A DNA stretch of 39,128 nucleotides from a virus (Duplodnaviria > Caudoviricetes): positions 1 through 39,128 of the IMG/VR virus record IMGVR_UViG_3300004241_000024. One strand, 5' to 3'. The first letter of the stretch is position 1, and each line of letters begins with the position of its first letter. Under the pieces are notes generated by a model, which made no database searches, was not told the DNA's origin, and worked only from the letters and a program-made list of their open reading frames with translations. The translations under genes and the position numbers were made by a program. Of the stretch, positions 25,744-35,327 are shown in pieces.

Positions 25744-28152
25744 TTATTTATAAATGCCAATTCCCACCAGAGACGGGTCAACCCCATATTGTCGAGCCTT
25801 CCCTTGATAAAAAGCATCAAGTGTAGTCTGTCGTGTTGCATATTGATTAAATATTGTTTTTGCCTCTGCTATAAACCCTCGTCTTTGTTCTTCTGTTAAT
25901 CTTTTACCATTCACAATCCGATTCATTGCATTCTGTACCCTGTCCCCGAAAGAACCAGCATTTTGTGCCATATCAGCTTCCGTCTCTCTAACAACAGAAG
26001 AAGGATCAAGTAGTTTCATATATCCGTATATCATCGAAAGATCACCTGCAGCACTATCACCAGTATTAGCAATTTTTTTATAATTATTCTGTATATCGAT
26101 AAAACCACTATCTTTTGTTCTCTGATAATATTCAGAGCTTAATCCGTCCACGATTTTCATATTTTCTTGAGAAATAGTGCCAGTATCTGTCGCAAACGTA
26201 TCGTAGAGAGAGCCAACCTCATCCAAGTCTTTTTTTGACGCCCCTTTGGATAAAGCTAAAGCTAATACCTGGCGTTTTGATAGTCCACCAAATGGATTCA
26301 TTATGGTTGGAGCTATGGTTTGGGAATCCCTGTTGACTTTTTCGGCGGTAGACTGATAACCAACTACTTCAGAGATAGTAAAGTCTCCAACTTTATTTCC
26401 ATCTTCATCATAGTTGAGTAGTTCTAATTGCGCTTGAGGATCAGTTACCCCCATAGCCACCAGTCCTGTTACGGCTTCTTTTCTGGCCTGTGGTAAACTC
26501 CCTGTATATGACAATTCTCCATTTGGTGATGATCCTTGGGATTCCGTTGGGTTTGTTCCTAACAAAGAATTATCTTTACCTGGTAACTTACCTTCTTGGC
26601 TTGTTTCTGTTTGTAATTTTTCAGCTTCTGAGTTCAATCTTCCTGTTTTAGTGACCGTATCAGCAACTTTCCCTGCAACCTTTATTCCCTCTGCTGTTTT
26701 TTCTGATAGTTTTATACCTTCTGTCAACATCTTTGCAGACGACTTTAAAATGTAGGGGTTTGTCGTTAGGGAAGCAGCTACACCAAAACCCAGAGAACTG
26801 GCTACATTGCCTCCACTTAGAATGTAACCACCAGTCATTCCGGTGAAAGCTGGCTTGAAGATATTGATTAATTGTGCTCCTTTTCCAAGATTTCTTTGTT
26901 TGCTGACAATACCATCGAACTCTCTAAGTATTTGTAGTTTCTTACCTACTTTTGCACTACCTGGGGCTATTTCATCTAGTGTTTGTAGAGCGATACTTCC
27001 ATATTCCTTATTGAAGTTATCAGTAATTGGATCGGTCATCGCTTTTTTGCCAACCTTAGAGAATTGACTTGTCTTGCTGTTGGTAAGGATGGTGTCAGTG
27101 ATGTTCTTGATTTTGCCCACTCTTTTAGCTTCTTCTCTTAATTTTGCCGCTAATGCGACTGCACTAGGAGAGACATCGGATTTTTCAATTTCATCGGCTC
27201 TGGCTTTGAGTTTTTCGGCAAATACTTGACCGCTAATAGGTTTGTCTGTTCTTACTAGACTGTTGTATTCTTTTTGGGCCGACTTCCTTTGAAGCACAAC
27301 ATCATCTTTTGTATAGATACCTTCACCTGTCATCCATTTACCAATGTCTCCTGGTTCATCTGCCGTTCCTATCAATTCTTGGAATTTCTCCATTTGGGTT
27401 GGATTGGCTCTCAAAGACCGTCTAGCCGCTTCTTCTGCGATAGATTCCCTGACTCCCTTGGTGGTTTCGGCTACTTTATCTGCTACCTTGGTATATTTCA
27501 AAGCATTTGTAGCTAATTTTCCTGTTTTGGCAATCGGATCAATGGCAACGCTGGCTTTCTCCAACATACCAGCCGTTTTTGCTAATGTCGTTGATTTTGA
27601 GACTGCACCAGCTCCTTTGAGCAATGCACTCGTTCCACCCATAACTGTTGAAATATCAAGCAAAACTCCAACTGGATCTTGATATAAAGTATCACCTAAG
27701 TCTTCACCATATCGCTTTTTATAATAATCGACTACCAACTTAGCTCGGTTGGCTTCGTCTTTATCCCCCGCCGCTAATTTAACTGCGTCAATTCCTAGTT
27801 TACCAATGTTGCCAACGGTATTTTCATCCAAATTTGGATTTAAAACATTAATTGCAGCACTAAATATATCCCCAATATTCTTTACCAGACTTTTGCCTAC
27901 ATTTCCTGCAAACCCTTCAAATGATTCGTTTAGCGATGGAACAAAAGTGGATGCAAAGTTTCCAGACTGTACTGAAGATCCACCAGTTGAACCGACGTTT
28001 GGTTTATTTGGCGTTGGTGGTTGGGTCAAGCCATTGGTTTGATTAAACTCAGCCACCTTTTTGGCAATCTCACCCTGAATCTGTGTATCATCTAATCCTG
28101 CAAGTTTTGCCCTTCTGGTGAATTCGTTTATTTGGGTTTGTGTTAATGCCAT
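25744..28152 (-). CDS. putative DNA ejection / internal virion protein
   Basis: 802 aa, Ala/Gly/Lys-rich and helical; C-terminal AGDLSMIYGYMKLLDPSSVVRETE; follows the tail genes. Confidence 0.6.
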   Translation of the reverse strand: MALTQTQINEFTRRAKLAGLDDTQIQGEIAKKVAEFNQTNGLTQPPTPNKPNVGSTGGSSVQSGNFASTFVPSLNESFEGFAGNVGKSLVKNIGDIFSAAINVLNPNLDENTVGNIGKLGIDAVKLAAGDKDEANRAKLVVDYYKKRYGEDLGDTLYQDPVGVLLDISTVMGGTSALLKGAGAVSKSTTLAKTAGMLEKASVAIDPIAKTGKLATNALKYTKVADKVAETTKGVRESIAEEAARRSLRANPTQMEKFQELIGTADEPGDIGKWMTGEGIYTKDDVVLQRKSAQKEYNSLVRTDKPISGQVFAEKLKARADEIEKSDVSPSAVALAAKLREEAKRVGKIKNITDTILTNSKTSQFSKVGKKAMTDPITDNFNKEYGSIALQTLDEIAPGSAKVGKKLQILREFDGIVSKQRNLGKGAQLINIFKPAFTGMTGGYILSGGNVASSLGFGVAASLTTNPYILKSSAKMLTEGIKLSEKTAEGIKVAGKVADTVTKTGRLNSEAEKLQTETSQEGKLPGKDNSLLGTNPTESQGSSPNGELSYTGSLPQARKEAVTGLVAMGVTDPQAQLELLNYDEDGNKVGDFTISEVVGYQSTAEKVNRDSQTIAPTIMNPFGGLSKRQVLALALSKGASKKDLDEVGSLYDTFATDTGTISQENMKIVDGLSSEYYQRTKDSGFIDIQNNYKKIANTGDSAAGDLSMIYGYMKLLDPSSVVRETEADMAQNAGSFGDRVQNAMNRIVNGKRLTEEQRRGFIAEAKTIFNQYATRQTTLDAFYQGKARQYGVDPSLVGIGIYK

Positions 28153-28166
28153 TCGTTTTTAAATGT

Positions 28167-29423
28167 TTAATTTACTCCTAAATTAGTATTCCAACCGTTT
28201 GACCCATAAATCCAATTATTACCTGCGGAGTCTTTCCAAGGCGTACCAGGTCCACCAGCTGGAGTAAAGTTTGGTTTTCCGGCATATGTTGATGTGTCAC
28301 CGTTTAATACTTCATTCCAAATAGAACTGGTATTCACCGGAGCGGTTTTAGATTCGCCGCTACTAACCTTATATCCCATGTCGCTTAATTTACTTAAAAA
28401 GTCGGTAGAACTAAATCCACTCGCTAAGTTTTTCTTGTAGTAATAAGTTTTACCCATTGAATCCGTAATTGTTATTAATTGACTTGCTGGTACAGATTTT
28501 GGACTGGTGACAATCGAATAACCTGATGTAGACATTTCATTAGACAGGCTCCGAACCTCACTCACATACTGGTATTTGGCCATCTTTTGATTGATAATTT
28601 CAACCGAATCGTTTAGGGTTACACCAGATTGAGCCATAACTAAGGCTGTATCGGGATTGACCATTAATTCTTTGATGTAGTCTGATGTAGCCTGCGCTCT
28701 AGTAAGATCACCTTTTAATAAGTTTGTTTGTTCCTCTGCTATTTTCCGATCTTCAGCCGTGAGGGTGACAATATCTCGATTGGCTAAATTTAATACTGTT
28801 TCGTAATAACTGAGTTGGTCTTGTCGGTCTTGAGTAATTGCATTTACACTTCGATCAATTGCGGTATAGGCATTGGAAAGATAGGTGTTTTGGAGACTTA
28901 CCACAGCATTAATCACCCCTGCTCTGGCCGCCACATCATCCATCGTCTTTTGAATTCGGGGATTTCTGATCGAGGCTAGACCAGTTACTTCCTGTTGCTG
29001 TTTGATTAAACTATTACCTTCGGTTAAGAGAGTATCAAGTTCTCCGAGCAAACTCTTTTGTTGGGTTAGAACATCCTCTGTTCCATATTTCGTTCTTTGT
29101 TCGGTCTCTAAATCCTGCCTGAACGGAGTAGTTAATTTCTGAACTTCACCCATCGCCGCAGTTTCTTTGGCCTTAGCAGTGGCTAGTTCAGCTTGTGTTG
29201 CTGTCCTCTGACCGACTAAGTTTTGATCCAATGCGGTTCGTGCTACATTGACTTCATTGTTTAGATTGTTGATATATGAACCGTTGGAGTTGGTGGAGTA
29301 AGGCACGGTGACAGGAGATTTTATATCTTTGGCACTGAAATCTGCGGTTGCCTCGGTTTGCCCCCAACCGGTATAGGATTCATTCCCAAATTGTGATATT
29401 GATTGTTCTCTTGTTAATCCCAT
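28167..29423 (-). CDS. putative ejection protein (coiled coil)
   Basis: Gln/Thr/Ala-rich helical protein lacking Cys; between the tail genes and the large ejection protein. Confidence 0.55.
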   Translation of the reverse strand: MGLTREQSISQFGNESYTGWGQTEATADFSAKDIKSPVTVPYSTNSNGSYINNLNNEVNVARTALDQNLVGQRTATQAELATAKAKETAAMGEVQKLTTPFRQDLETEQRTKYGTEDVLTQQKSLLGELDTLLTEGNSLIKQQQEVTGLASIRNPRIQKTMDDVAARAGVINAVVSLQNTYLSNAYTAIDRSVNAITQDRQDQLSYYETVLNLANRDIVTLTAEDRKIAEEQTNLLKGDLTRAQATSDYIKELMVNPDTALVMAQSGVTLNDSVEIINQKMAKYQYVSEVRSLSNEMSTSGYSIVTSPKSVPASQLITITDSMGKTYYYKKNLASGFSSTDFLSKLSDMGYKVSSGESKTAPVNTSSIWNEVLNGDTSTYAGKPNFTPAGGPGTPWKDSAGNNWIYGSNGWNTNLGVN

Positions 29424-29462
29424 AGCGTGTTTTGGTACAACGCCTTAAAAATTATAACAAAT

Positions 29463-30182
29463 TTAAGTACCTAATATTAAATAACTCATACCCCTGTATT
29501 CGATATGACCGTTGGTTGTCAGTCCGTCTGTACTTATCTGTAATTTTGCCGTATGAGAGCCACTAGAAAGCAATGCAATGTTATGAAAAGAGCAGGTAGA
29601 AGCTGAAGTTACAATTCCGCCATGCCCTGCATCATAATTTTCATGTTCTGAATAACCAACTACTGATCCGTCAATATTTAACGCTAACCTTACCCAAGAT
29701 GTTTGATAGGTAACACTACTCGACCATAACGTCCCGAAAACAAGAAAGAGAACATGACCAGTTTTATTCAACGAAAATGTTTTAGTAGCACTGGTAATGT
29801 CTGTCCATTCCCAAGAATTAGTAGAAGCATTGAATCCACTGGATGAGGTGTAATCTCCAAAATTAAAGTTAGTTGATGTAAGTCCATATCCATCAATTAC
29901 AGTTGTCCCATTGTTATCCTTAACCGTAGCTTTACCAAGAATAGTGCTACCTTCCATATCTACACTAAAAGGAGCATCTGCAAAATCAGCTTTACCCAGC
30001 CAAATCCCATTATCGTCCGAACCAAAGACCCTATCGCCATATCCTCTGATAAACTTACTAGAGAATGCTTGTAAACCACCAAAACTCTGACCTAAAGGCA
30101 ATTCCCCTGAAATGTAATCGGTTGTCAATTCCAGATTAGCAGGTTTTAAGGTCATTTTTGATGTAAGGTCTACCGTACTCAT
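29463..30182 (-). CDS. putative tail needle/fibre protein
   Basis: GIWLGKADFADAPFSVDMEG; beta-rich C-terminus LSSGSHTAKLQ. Confidence 0.55.
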   Translation of the reverse strand: MSTVDLTSKMTLKPANLELTTDYISGELPLGQSFGGLQAFSSKFIRGYGDRVFGSDDNGIWLGKADFADAPFSVDMEGSTILGKATVKDNNGTTVIDGYGLTSTNFNFGDYTSSSGFNASTNSWEWTDITSATKTFSLNKTGHVLFLVFGTLWSSSVTYQTSWVRLALNIDGSVVGYSEHENYDAGHGGIVTSASTCSFHNIALLSSGSHTAKLQISTDGLTTNGHIEYRGMSYLILGT

Positions 30183-31609
30183 CTTTCAACGAAGTTGCCT
30201 AAACAAATAATCTTCCTAATCGGACAATTTGCACTGGCACTGCCATTAAGATAACTTATTACTACCCTTATATCTTCAACTGGAGGTAAGTCGATGGACT
30301 TAAACACATGTCTAGTCTTACCTGTGCCTGTTATTTGAAATGCGCTCGATGATTCGGCACTTTGATTACCCTCAAGAGTCAAATCAGCCCTCGCACCCGC
30401 TTCCAATGCTTTTGTACTCACAATCACTGTGTGGATTTTGCCTAAATATCGGTTTTTAGTCGTGTCATTCAATATACTTTTCCAATTACTATCAGTTGAA
30501 AGACCAGTGAACTTAGCCAGACGGTGATTACTTCCCCCATCCGTAGAGGCGATAAGCGGGGTGCCAAAAGGCGCGGCTACACCCCCCACGGTGGCATAAC
30601 CACCATCCGCTAAGTTTGATATCTGGATCGGCAATTGCTCCACGGTAGCACCGAAGGAAAAAACATTCTCTCCGGATAGGAAGAGGATCGTGTTTTTATA
30701 CAATGTTTTCTGCCGATGATTTGGTAATGAGCCTGAAAAATATCGAAGTGGTTTAAGTTGTCTGCCTGAAATCCAGCCGATAGCATAACCATCGGCAGTT
30801 AAATCTTCGTAAGCAACATAGACAATTCCGTTAAGCACATACAAAAATCCTATCTTCTGGCTTCCAAGTCCGACCTCATCTGAAAGAATATTTGATATAG
30901 CCGAACCGTCATAAAGATAAATTTGGCCTCTTCTTCCCTCTCCATAATTCACTGCAATCCACCATAAACTTGAATTAAATACAACGTCAACGACTTCTGC
31001 ACCCTCACCAAAATCAAGTTTTTGAACATCAAGTACTGCTGATCCTTGAACGTAAACACCTAAATATCTCCCATTACCAAAAACTAAGATATCTTCTTTG
31101 GCTGCTGAAGGATGTGGGGCTTTTTCTAAGGCGGTATCTGTTGCACTTCCCCAATCAGGATCAATTACTTCAGTAGATAATGGCATGGCGGCTATATCAC
31201 CCCCACTGGCTTTATTATAAAACACAAATAAATTAGTTTTTAACCTGATGACACTCTCACCCTCAGTCATGTTAGTAATCGCTTGAGGCCACGAAGGAGA
31301 TCCACCACTGGTTACTGTTGTTGAACTCAATTTAAATAGTTTAGTTGTGCCGACTGCATAGGTAGTATCTGAAGCTGTAGGCCTGTCAAGAATAAATCGG
31401 ATAAGTTGATCTACTACCCCGGCTTGTGTTCCATTTGTCAGATTAGATAATGCCGGGGATTGTTGCAAGAATCCAGGGTTGGAAATAATATCAGCCTTCA
31501 TCTCCGAGGCTTGGCCTTTTGAACCAATGAAGGTTTTATTATCTATATGAGCCAGAGGAGATAATCCATCCCCAAAGGACTCGAATGTGATAGCAAAATC
31601 TGTGTCCAT
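30179..31609 (-). CDS. putative tail hub/stabilisation (nozzle) protein
   Basis: 476-aa beta-rich, propeller-like sequence coupled to the portal gene. Confidence 0.55.
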   Translation of the reverse strand: MDTDFAITFESFGDGLSPLAHIDNKTFIGSKGQASEMKADIISNPGFLQQSPALSNLTNGTQAGVVDQLIRFILDRPTASDTTYAVGTTKLFKLSSTTVTSGGSPSWPQAITNMTEGESVIRLKTNLFVFYNKASGGDIAAMPLSTEVIDPDWGSATDTALEKAPHPSAAKEDILVFGNGRYLGVYVQGSAVLDVQKLDFGEGAEVVDVVFNSSLWWIAVNYGEGRRGQIYLYDGSAISNILSDEVGLGSQKIGFLYVLNGIVYVAYEDLTADGYAIGWISGRQLKPLRYFSGSLPNHRQKTLYKNTILFLSGENVFSFGATVEQLPIQISNLADGGYATVGGVAAPFGTPLIASTDGGSNHRLAKFTGLSTDSNWKSILNDTTKNRYLGKIHTVIVSTKALEAGARADLTLEGNQSAESSSAFQITGTGKTRHVFKSIDLPPVEDIRVVISYLNGSASANCPIRKIICLGNFVER

Positions 31610-33393
31610 TATTGAGTGACAGGTGCTGGCTGTCGTTGGACTCTTGGTCTACTCACCTGTTGTCCGTTCTGTTCAACCTGTAACTGATTATTGTCCATCA
31701 TTGGTGGTGGTTCAGGTTTTTTGGGAGGAATGGGAATATTTCTCGATCTGTATATCTGATTTAAAATCCAATCAATTCTCTCCGGGTCTGTTTCATATTG
31801 AATAAGTTGAGTCAAATCTTGGAGTTGTTCGGATAGGTCATAGTTCTCTCCCGTGATGGTGACAAAGAATCTCGACGTTACCGCTTCCCATATTTCTTTC
31901 GAATTCTTGATGGCTGGATCTAGTTTGCGTATTTCGTCTAGTTTTTCCTGCTTGATCGCTTCAGCCACTTCTTTGGTGTGTGGTCCAATGGCAATTAGAT
32001 TTTTGGCATACCAGCTATCGACTAAAATTTCTCTAAGCTGATCCATAATATCGGTTTCGCCAACAAATCTAAAAACCTCCTCGCCTTTCATATCTTTAAT
32101 AAGTGTTGGTAAAACCCACTCACGGAATACTCGTTTATAAGGAAGGGTAATCTTTTGTCTTAAGAGGGTGAATAGTTTACCGGCATTCTGATCCATCAAA
32201 AGACCCATTCTAAAAGGTGTGCCAGATGGTAAGGCATCGCCCCGCACTACTTCATAGGAATTGGATAATTTGTCGGCATCACCCATCAATCTATTCCAAT
32301 CAGCAATCAACTGGTCAAGACTTCTCATTCTTACGTCGACTTGTTGCAAATCTTTGGTAATGACAATATCACCATTGTCCATATCAGCTCTGATGTTCTG
32401 AAGAACTTTTGAATCTTCACTCCTAAATATGACTTTTGAAGCCCACTCAAGCCCACGTGCCAACTGGTTTCCGATTTCATTGGCTCTAACTTGATGATCA
32501 AATAATGTCTCATACATTCCTATTCGCCAGAATCTGCCCTCATACCGGCCTCTGTGAGCGAATATGTAGTGATTAGATAGCTTTCCGGTTAATCTATCAG
32601 CAAATAAAGTATATTTCTCCCCCGTCCCACTTTCTCTCAATCCAGCGACTACTACTTTAGCTAAGAAGTATTTGTTCTCATCTCCGCCGTTTTTACCTTG
32701 AGCCTGGTTGAACTCTAATTCATTTACTTCGCCTGTGTACTCAAATATCTCATATCGTTTATTGGTTGAAGTAATCGGGGTGGTTTGGGTAGATGCTTTG
32801 AATGATTTATCTCCTAGGTCTTTGATTACTTTAAGGACATTAGATTGATCCCATTCAGTCATCTGAATTAACTGGGAGGCTGTCATTTCATGTCGTTCGA
32901 CAATGTCCGTATCTTCTATTGATTCCGCTTTCTGGTTGGTGATGTAAGTATTTAAAACATCGACCATCTCATAACCATTTGATAGTCTTTTAAATCCCAC
33001 ATTACCATTTGCCACAAACTCCTCTACGGCCGTCTTGAGCTTGACATCCTCTCCATTCTTAGCCATCCACGATTTGAGGGTGGCATTTGATAGAAAGACG
33101 GCAGCAAAATCCTTGATTGGATTCTGGGAGAAAACCATTATATTTTTGGTGTCAAAACGGAGATTCTTTATCTCACTGTCAGTTCTAGGGGATATAATAT
33201 CGAAGTAGTAGTTGTAACTAAGGTCGGAATTGATCTTAGTGCCGGATAAATCACGGTTACGGAATTTATAAATCCTATTAATGAGACTATATTGGCTAAA
33301 AAATACACCAGGACTTATCTCGACGTTGTTTGAAATGTAGTTACTTATCTCACTCTCTAATCTGGTAAATAGCGTTGATTTTGTGTCTTTCAT
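31609..33393 (-). CDS. portal protein (podovirus-like)
   Basis: 594 aa; FDIISPRTDSEIKNLRFDTKNI, GRFWRIGMYETL, SYEVVRGDALPSGTPF, Gln/Pro-rich tail. It is the only portal-sized candidate in the window. Confidence 0.78.
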   Translation of the reverse strand: MKDTKSTLFTRLESEISNYISNNVEISPGVFFSQYSLINRIYKFRNRDLSGTKINSDLSYNYYFDIISPRTDSEIKNLRFDTKNIMVFSQNPIKDFAAVFLSNATLKSWMAKNGEDVKLKTAVEEFVANGNVGFKRLSNGYEMVDVLNTYITNQKAESIEDTDIVERHEMTASQLIQMTEWDQSNVLKVIKDLGDKSFKASTQTTPITSTNKRYEIFEYTGEVNELEFNQAQGKNGGDENKYFLAKVVVAGLRESGTGEKYTLFADRLTGKLSNHYIFAHRGRYEGRFWRIGMYETLFDHQVRANEIGNQLARGLEWASKVIFRSEDSKVLQNIRADMDNGDIVITKDLQQVDVRMRSLDQLIADWNRLMGDADKLSNSYEVVRGDALPSGTPFRMGLLMDQNAGKLFTLLRQKITLPYKRVFREWVLPTLIKDMKGEEVFRFVGETDIMDQLREILVDSWYAKNLIAIGPHTKEVAEAIKQEKLDEIRKLDPAIKNSKEIWEAVTSRFFVTITGENYDLSEQLQDLTQLIQYETDPERIDWILNQIYRSRNIPIPPKKPEPPPMMDNNQLQVEQNGQQVSRPRVQRQPAPVTQ

Positions 33394-33409
33394 CTAAAGT
33401 GTATAAAAT

Positions 33410-34126
33410 TTATAGTCCATAATTACTAACTGATGGTTTCTTAAGTCTCAATCTTGTCCTATCATCAGGGCTTCTTCGTGCATAGTGGTCTTGGATCATG
33501 GCTTTTATTCTGTCTTTCTCTGCTTGTAAATAATTAGCCTTTTCTCTCATCCCATTTGCTAAAGCATATCGGAGAGATGCACCGACTGAAAGGTATTGAT
33601 GAAATTGAGAATTGAATCCCGGCTTTACATTGGTGTCGGTTGTACTAAAGTGATTGGCTCCCCTTTGAAATTCCAACTCAACTCCGCTTGTCGCTCCATA
33701 GTCTGGAACCGGTATCGGGAATAGGGCGTTATCAATCTTGTAGTATTTACTCGGAGTGCCAGTGGAGTTTAATTCACTATCGCTAAGTTCTCGTCTGGTC
33801 GCAGGGGTAAGAGTTACATATTCCCCATTACTGTCTTTGACTCTCATTCGATGGATTACCAAACTCTCATCTGGGAGAGTGTAATGATCTTTGCTTGCCT
33901 CTAAATCAATTACGGCAATAGGAAAATCGGCATTGGTAATATCGTCCCACATGAAGTTGGGATCGGCTTTAAATAGCTCAGCCACTACTTCGTCAAGAGA
34001 GATGTTTACGTTTCTAGTCCTGTCGGTTAAAGAGTAATCGGTGTTTAAGGTTGAGCCGTCACCAAACAATAAGAAATCTATGTCAGCGATGATGGAGTCA
34101 CTTTTGTCTGTTGGGTTGAAATACAT
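33410..34126 (-). CDS. putative head-tail adaptor protein
   Basis: WDD...YTLP...GTPSKYY...FPIPVPD...PGFNSQFHQYLSVGASLRYA pattern of tail tubular A-like adaptors. Confidence 0.68.
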   Translation of the reverse strand: MYFNPTDKSDSIIADIDFLLFGDGSTLNTDYSLTDRTRNVNISLDEVVAELFKADPNFMWDDITNADFPIAVIDLEASKDHYTLPDESLVIHRMRVKDSNGEYVTLTPATRRELSDSELNSTGTPSKYYKIDNALFPIPVPDYGATSGVELEFQRGANHFSTTDTNVKPGFNSQFHQYLSVGASLRYALANGMREKANYLQAEKDRIKAMIQDHYARRSPDDRTRLRLKKPSVSNYGL

Positions 34127-34223
34127 ATGATTAATTATTTAAACATAACGACCTAAAAAATTATAGCATGGCGAAAATCAATGTAAACTACAATGTATAT
34201 AAAATTGACCCAATGGAGAGGTT

Positions 34224-35141
34224 GTGATGAATGTAAAAGCATTCCTCATGAAGGCGATATTAATTATTCTTACAATTCAAATTACCGGATGTAAAGCTAA
34301 GGAGATTATACCGACAGAAGTTTTGACACCAACAGCGACCAGAACCTTGGCGGCGGCAGTACCGGAAAATGCTCCGACTGCGGTGGTGACAAAAATTGCG
34401 ACGCAACAACCAGTTTCGACACAGACTCCGAAACCGGAGGCGACAAAGGTGATGGAGACATTGTTTAAATCAGAAAAATATCCTTGGTTTGGAGGTTTTG
34501 ACTTAAGTAAGGCTGTAATTGATTCTGGAAGTTATGTTTTAAAAGATCAAGCTTCCATAAACTTAGTATTAGAAAAGATTATGAAGGCGTATGCGATTCA
34601 GAAAGAAATGACTGAACCACAATTTCTTGAATATTTAAAGAGTAATAACTATAAGTTTCCTGCACTTGGTTTTACCTCTGATGATTCGAAGTTATCAATA
34701 GTTTCTCTTAAGCGAGAAGTTGTTGATCTTAAGAGACCATTAAAAATATCATTTCTAGAAAATCGGCAAAGTGATGGTTCTATACTCTCTACTGATGCAA
34801 AAGTTAATTACGGATCTGAATGGTGTGGACTTAGAGTTAATAATGATGGTTCTCTGGAATTTATTTTGAGAAAAGACACTGTACGGTGGTATCTTGAATA
34901 TGATTCAAGAAAGTGGGGTTATGCCTCATCTTCTTTAAGAATGCAAATGCAATTTATTGCTAGTTTAAAACTTTATAACGAACAACCAAAAGATTTTTGG
35001 GGGAATGTTTATAAAGCATTTGCAAATGATCCAACGTCAACAATTCCAAGTTACTTTACGAGAGAAGAGTTTGTTGGCGGAAGTTTGAAGGTTGAAGATG
35101 TACTGAAGAATGCCCCACTTCAATTTGTTGGTAAACAATAG
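34224..35141 (+). CDS. lipoprotein (moron-like) with Pro/Thr linker
   Basis: Signal peptide with lipobox ITG-C, PTATRT/TQTPKP linker, own SD; opposite strand to the backbone. Confidence 0.75.
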   Translation: MMNVKAFLMKAILIILTIQITGCKAKEIIPTEVLTPTATRTLAAAVPENAPTAVVTKIATQQPVSTQTPKPEATKVMETLFKSEKYPWFGGFDLSKAVIDSGSYVLKDQASINLVLEKIMKAYAIQKEMTEPQFLEYLKSNNYKFPALGFTSDDSKLSIVSLKREVVDLKRPLKISFLENRQSDGSILSTDAKVNYGSEWCGLRVNNDGSLEFILRKDTVRWYLEYDSRKWGYASSSLRMQMQFIASLKLYNEQPKDFWGNVYKAFANDPTSTIPSYFTREEFVGGSLKVEDVLKNAPLQFVGKQ

Positions 35142-35327
35142 CAATGTTCAGCATTTCTGTTATATGCAGTGCGGAGATTATAGGATTTAACCGTTTAAAA
35201 TCATCAAAAAATAGGGTCAATCCCCTCTTTTGTATGGTAAAAAATAGCAAAAAGGCCTTTATTGGTCTACTTTTAGGCATGGAAAATTTTGGGTGTACAC
35301 TACCGGGGTAGGGGATTGGGGTATCAG

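Noticed and set aside
25744-28152. Tape measure protein
   Set aside because: No tail tube or chaperone genes nearby; the context fits a podovirus ejection protein better.
35056-35280. 74-aa minus-strand ORF
   Set aside because: Overlaps the lipoprotein 3' end and has no recognisable features.
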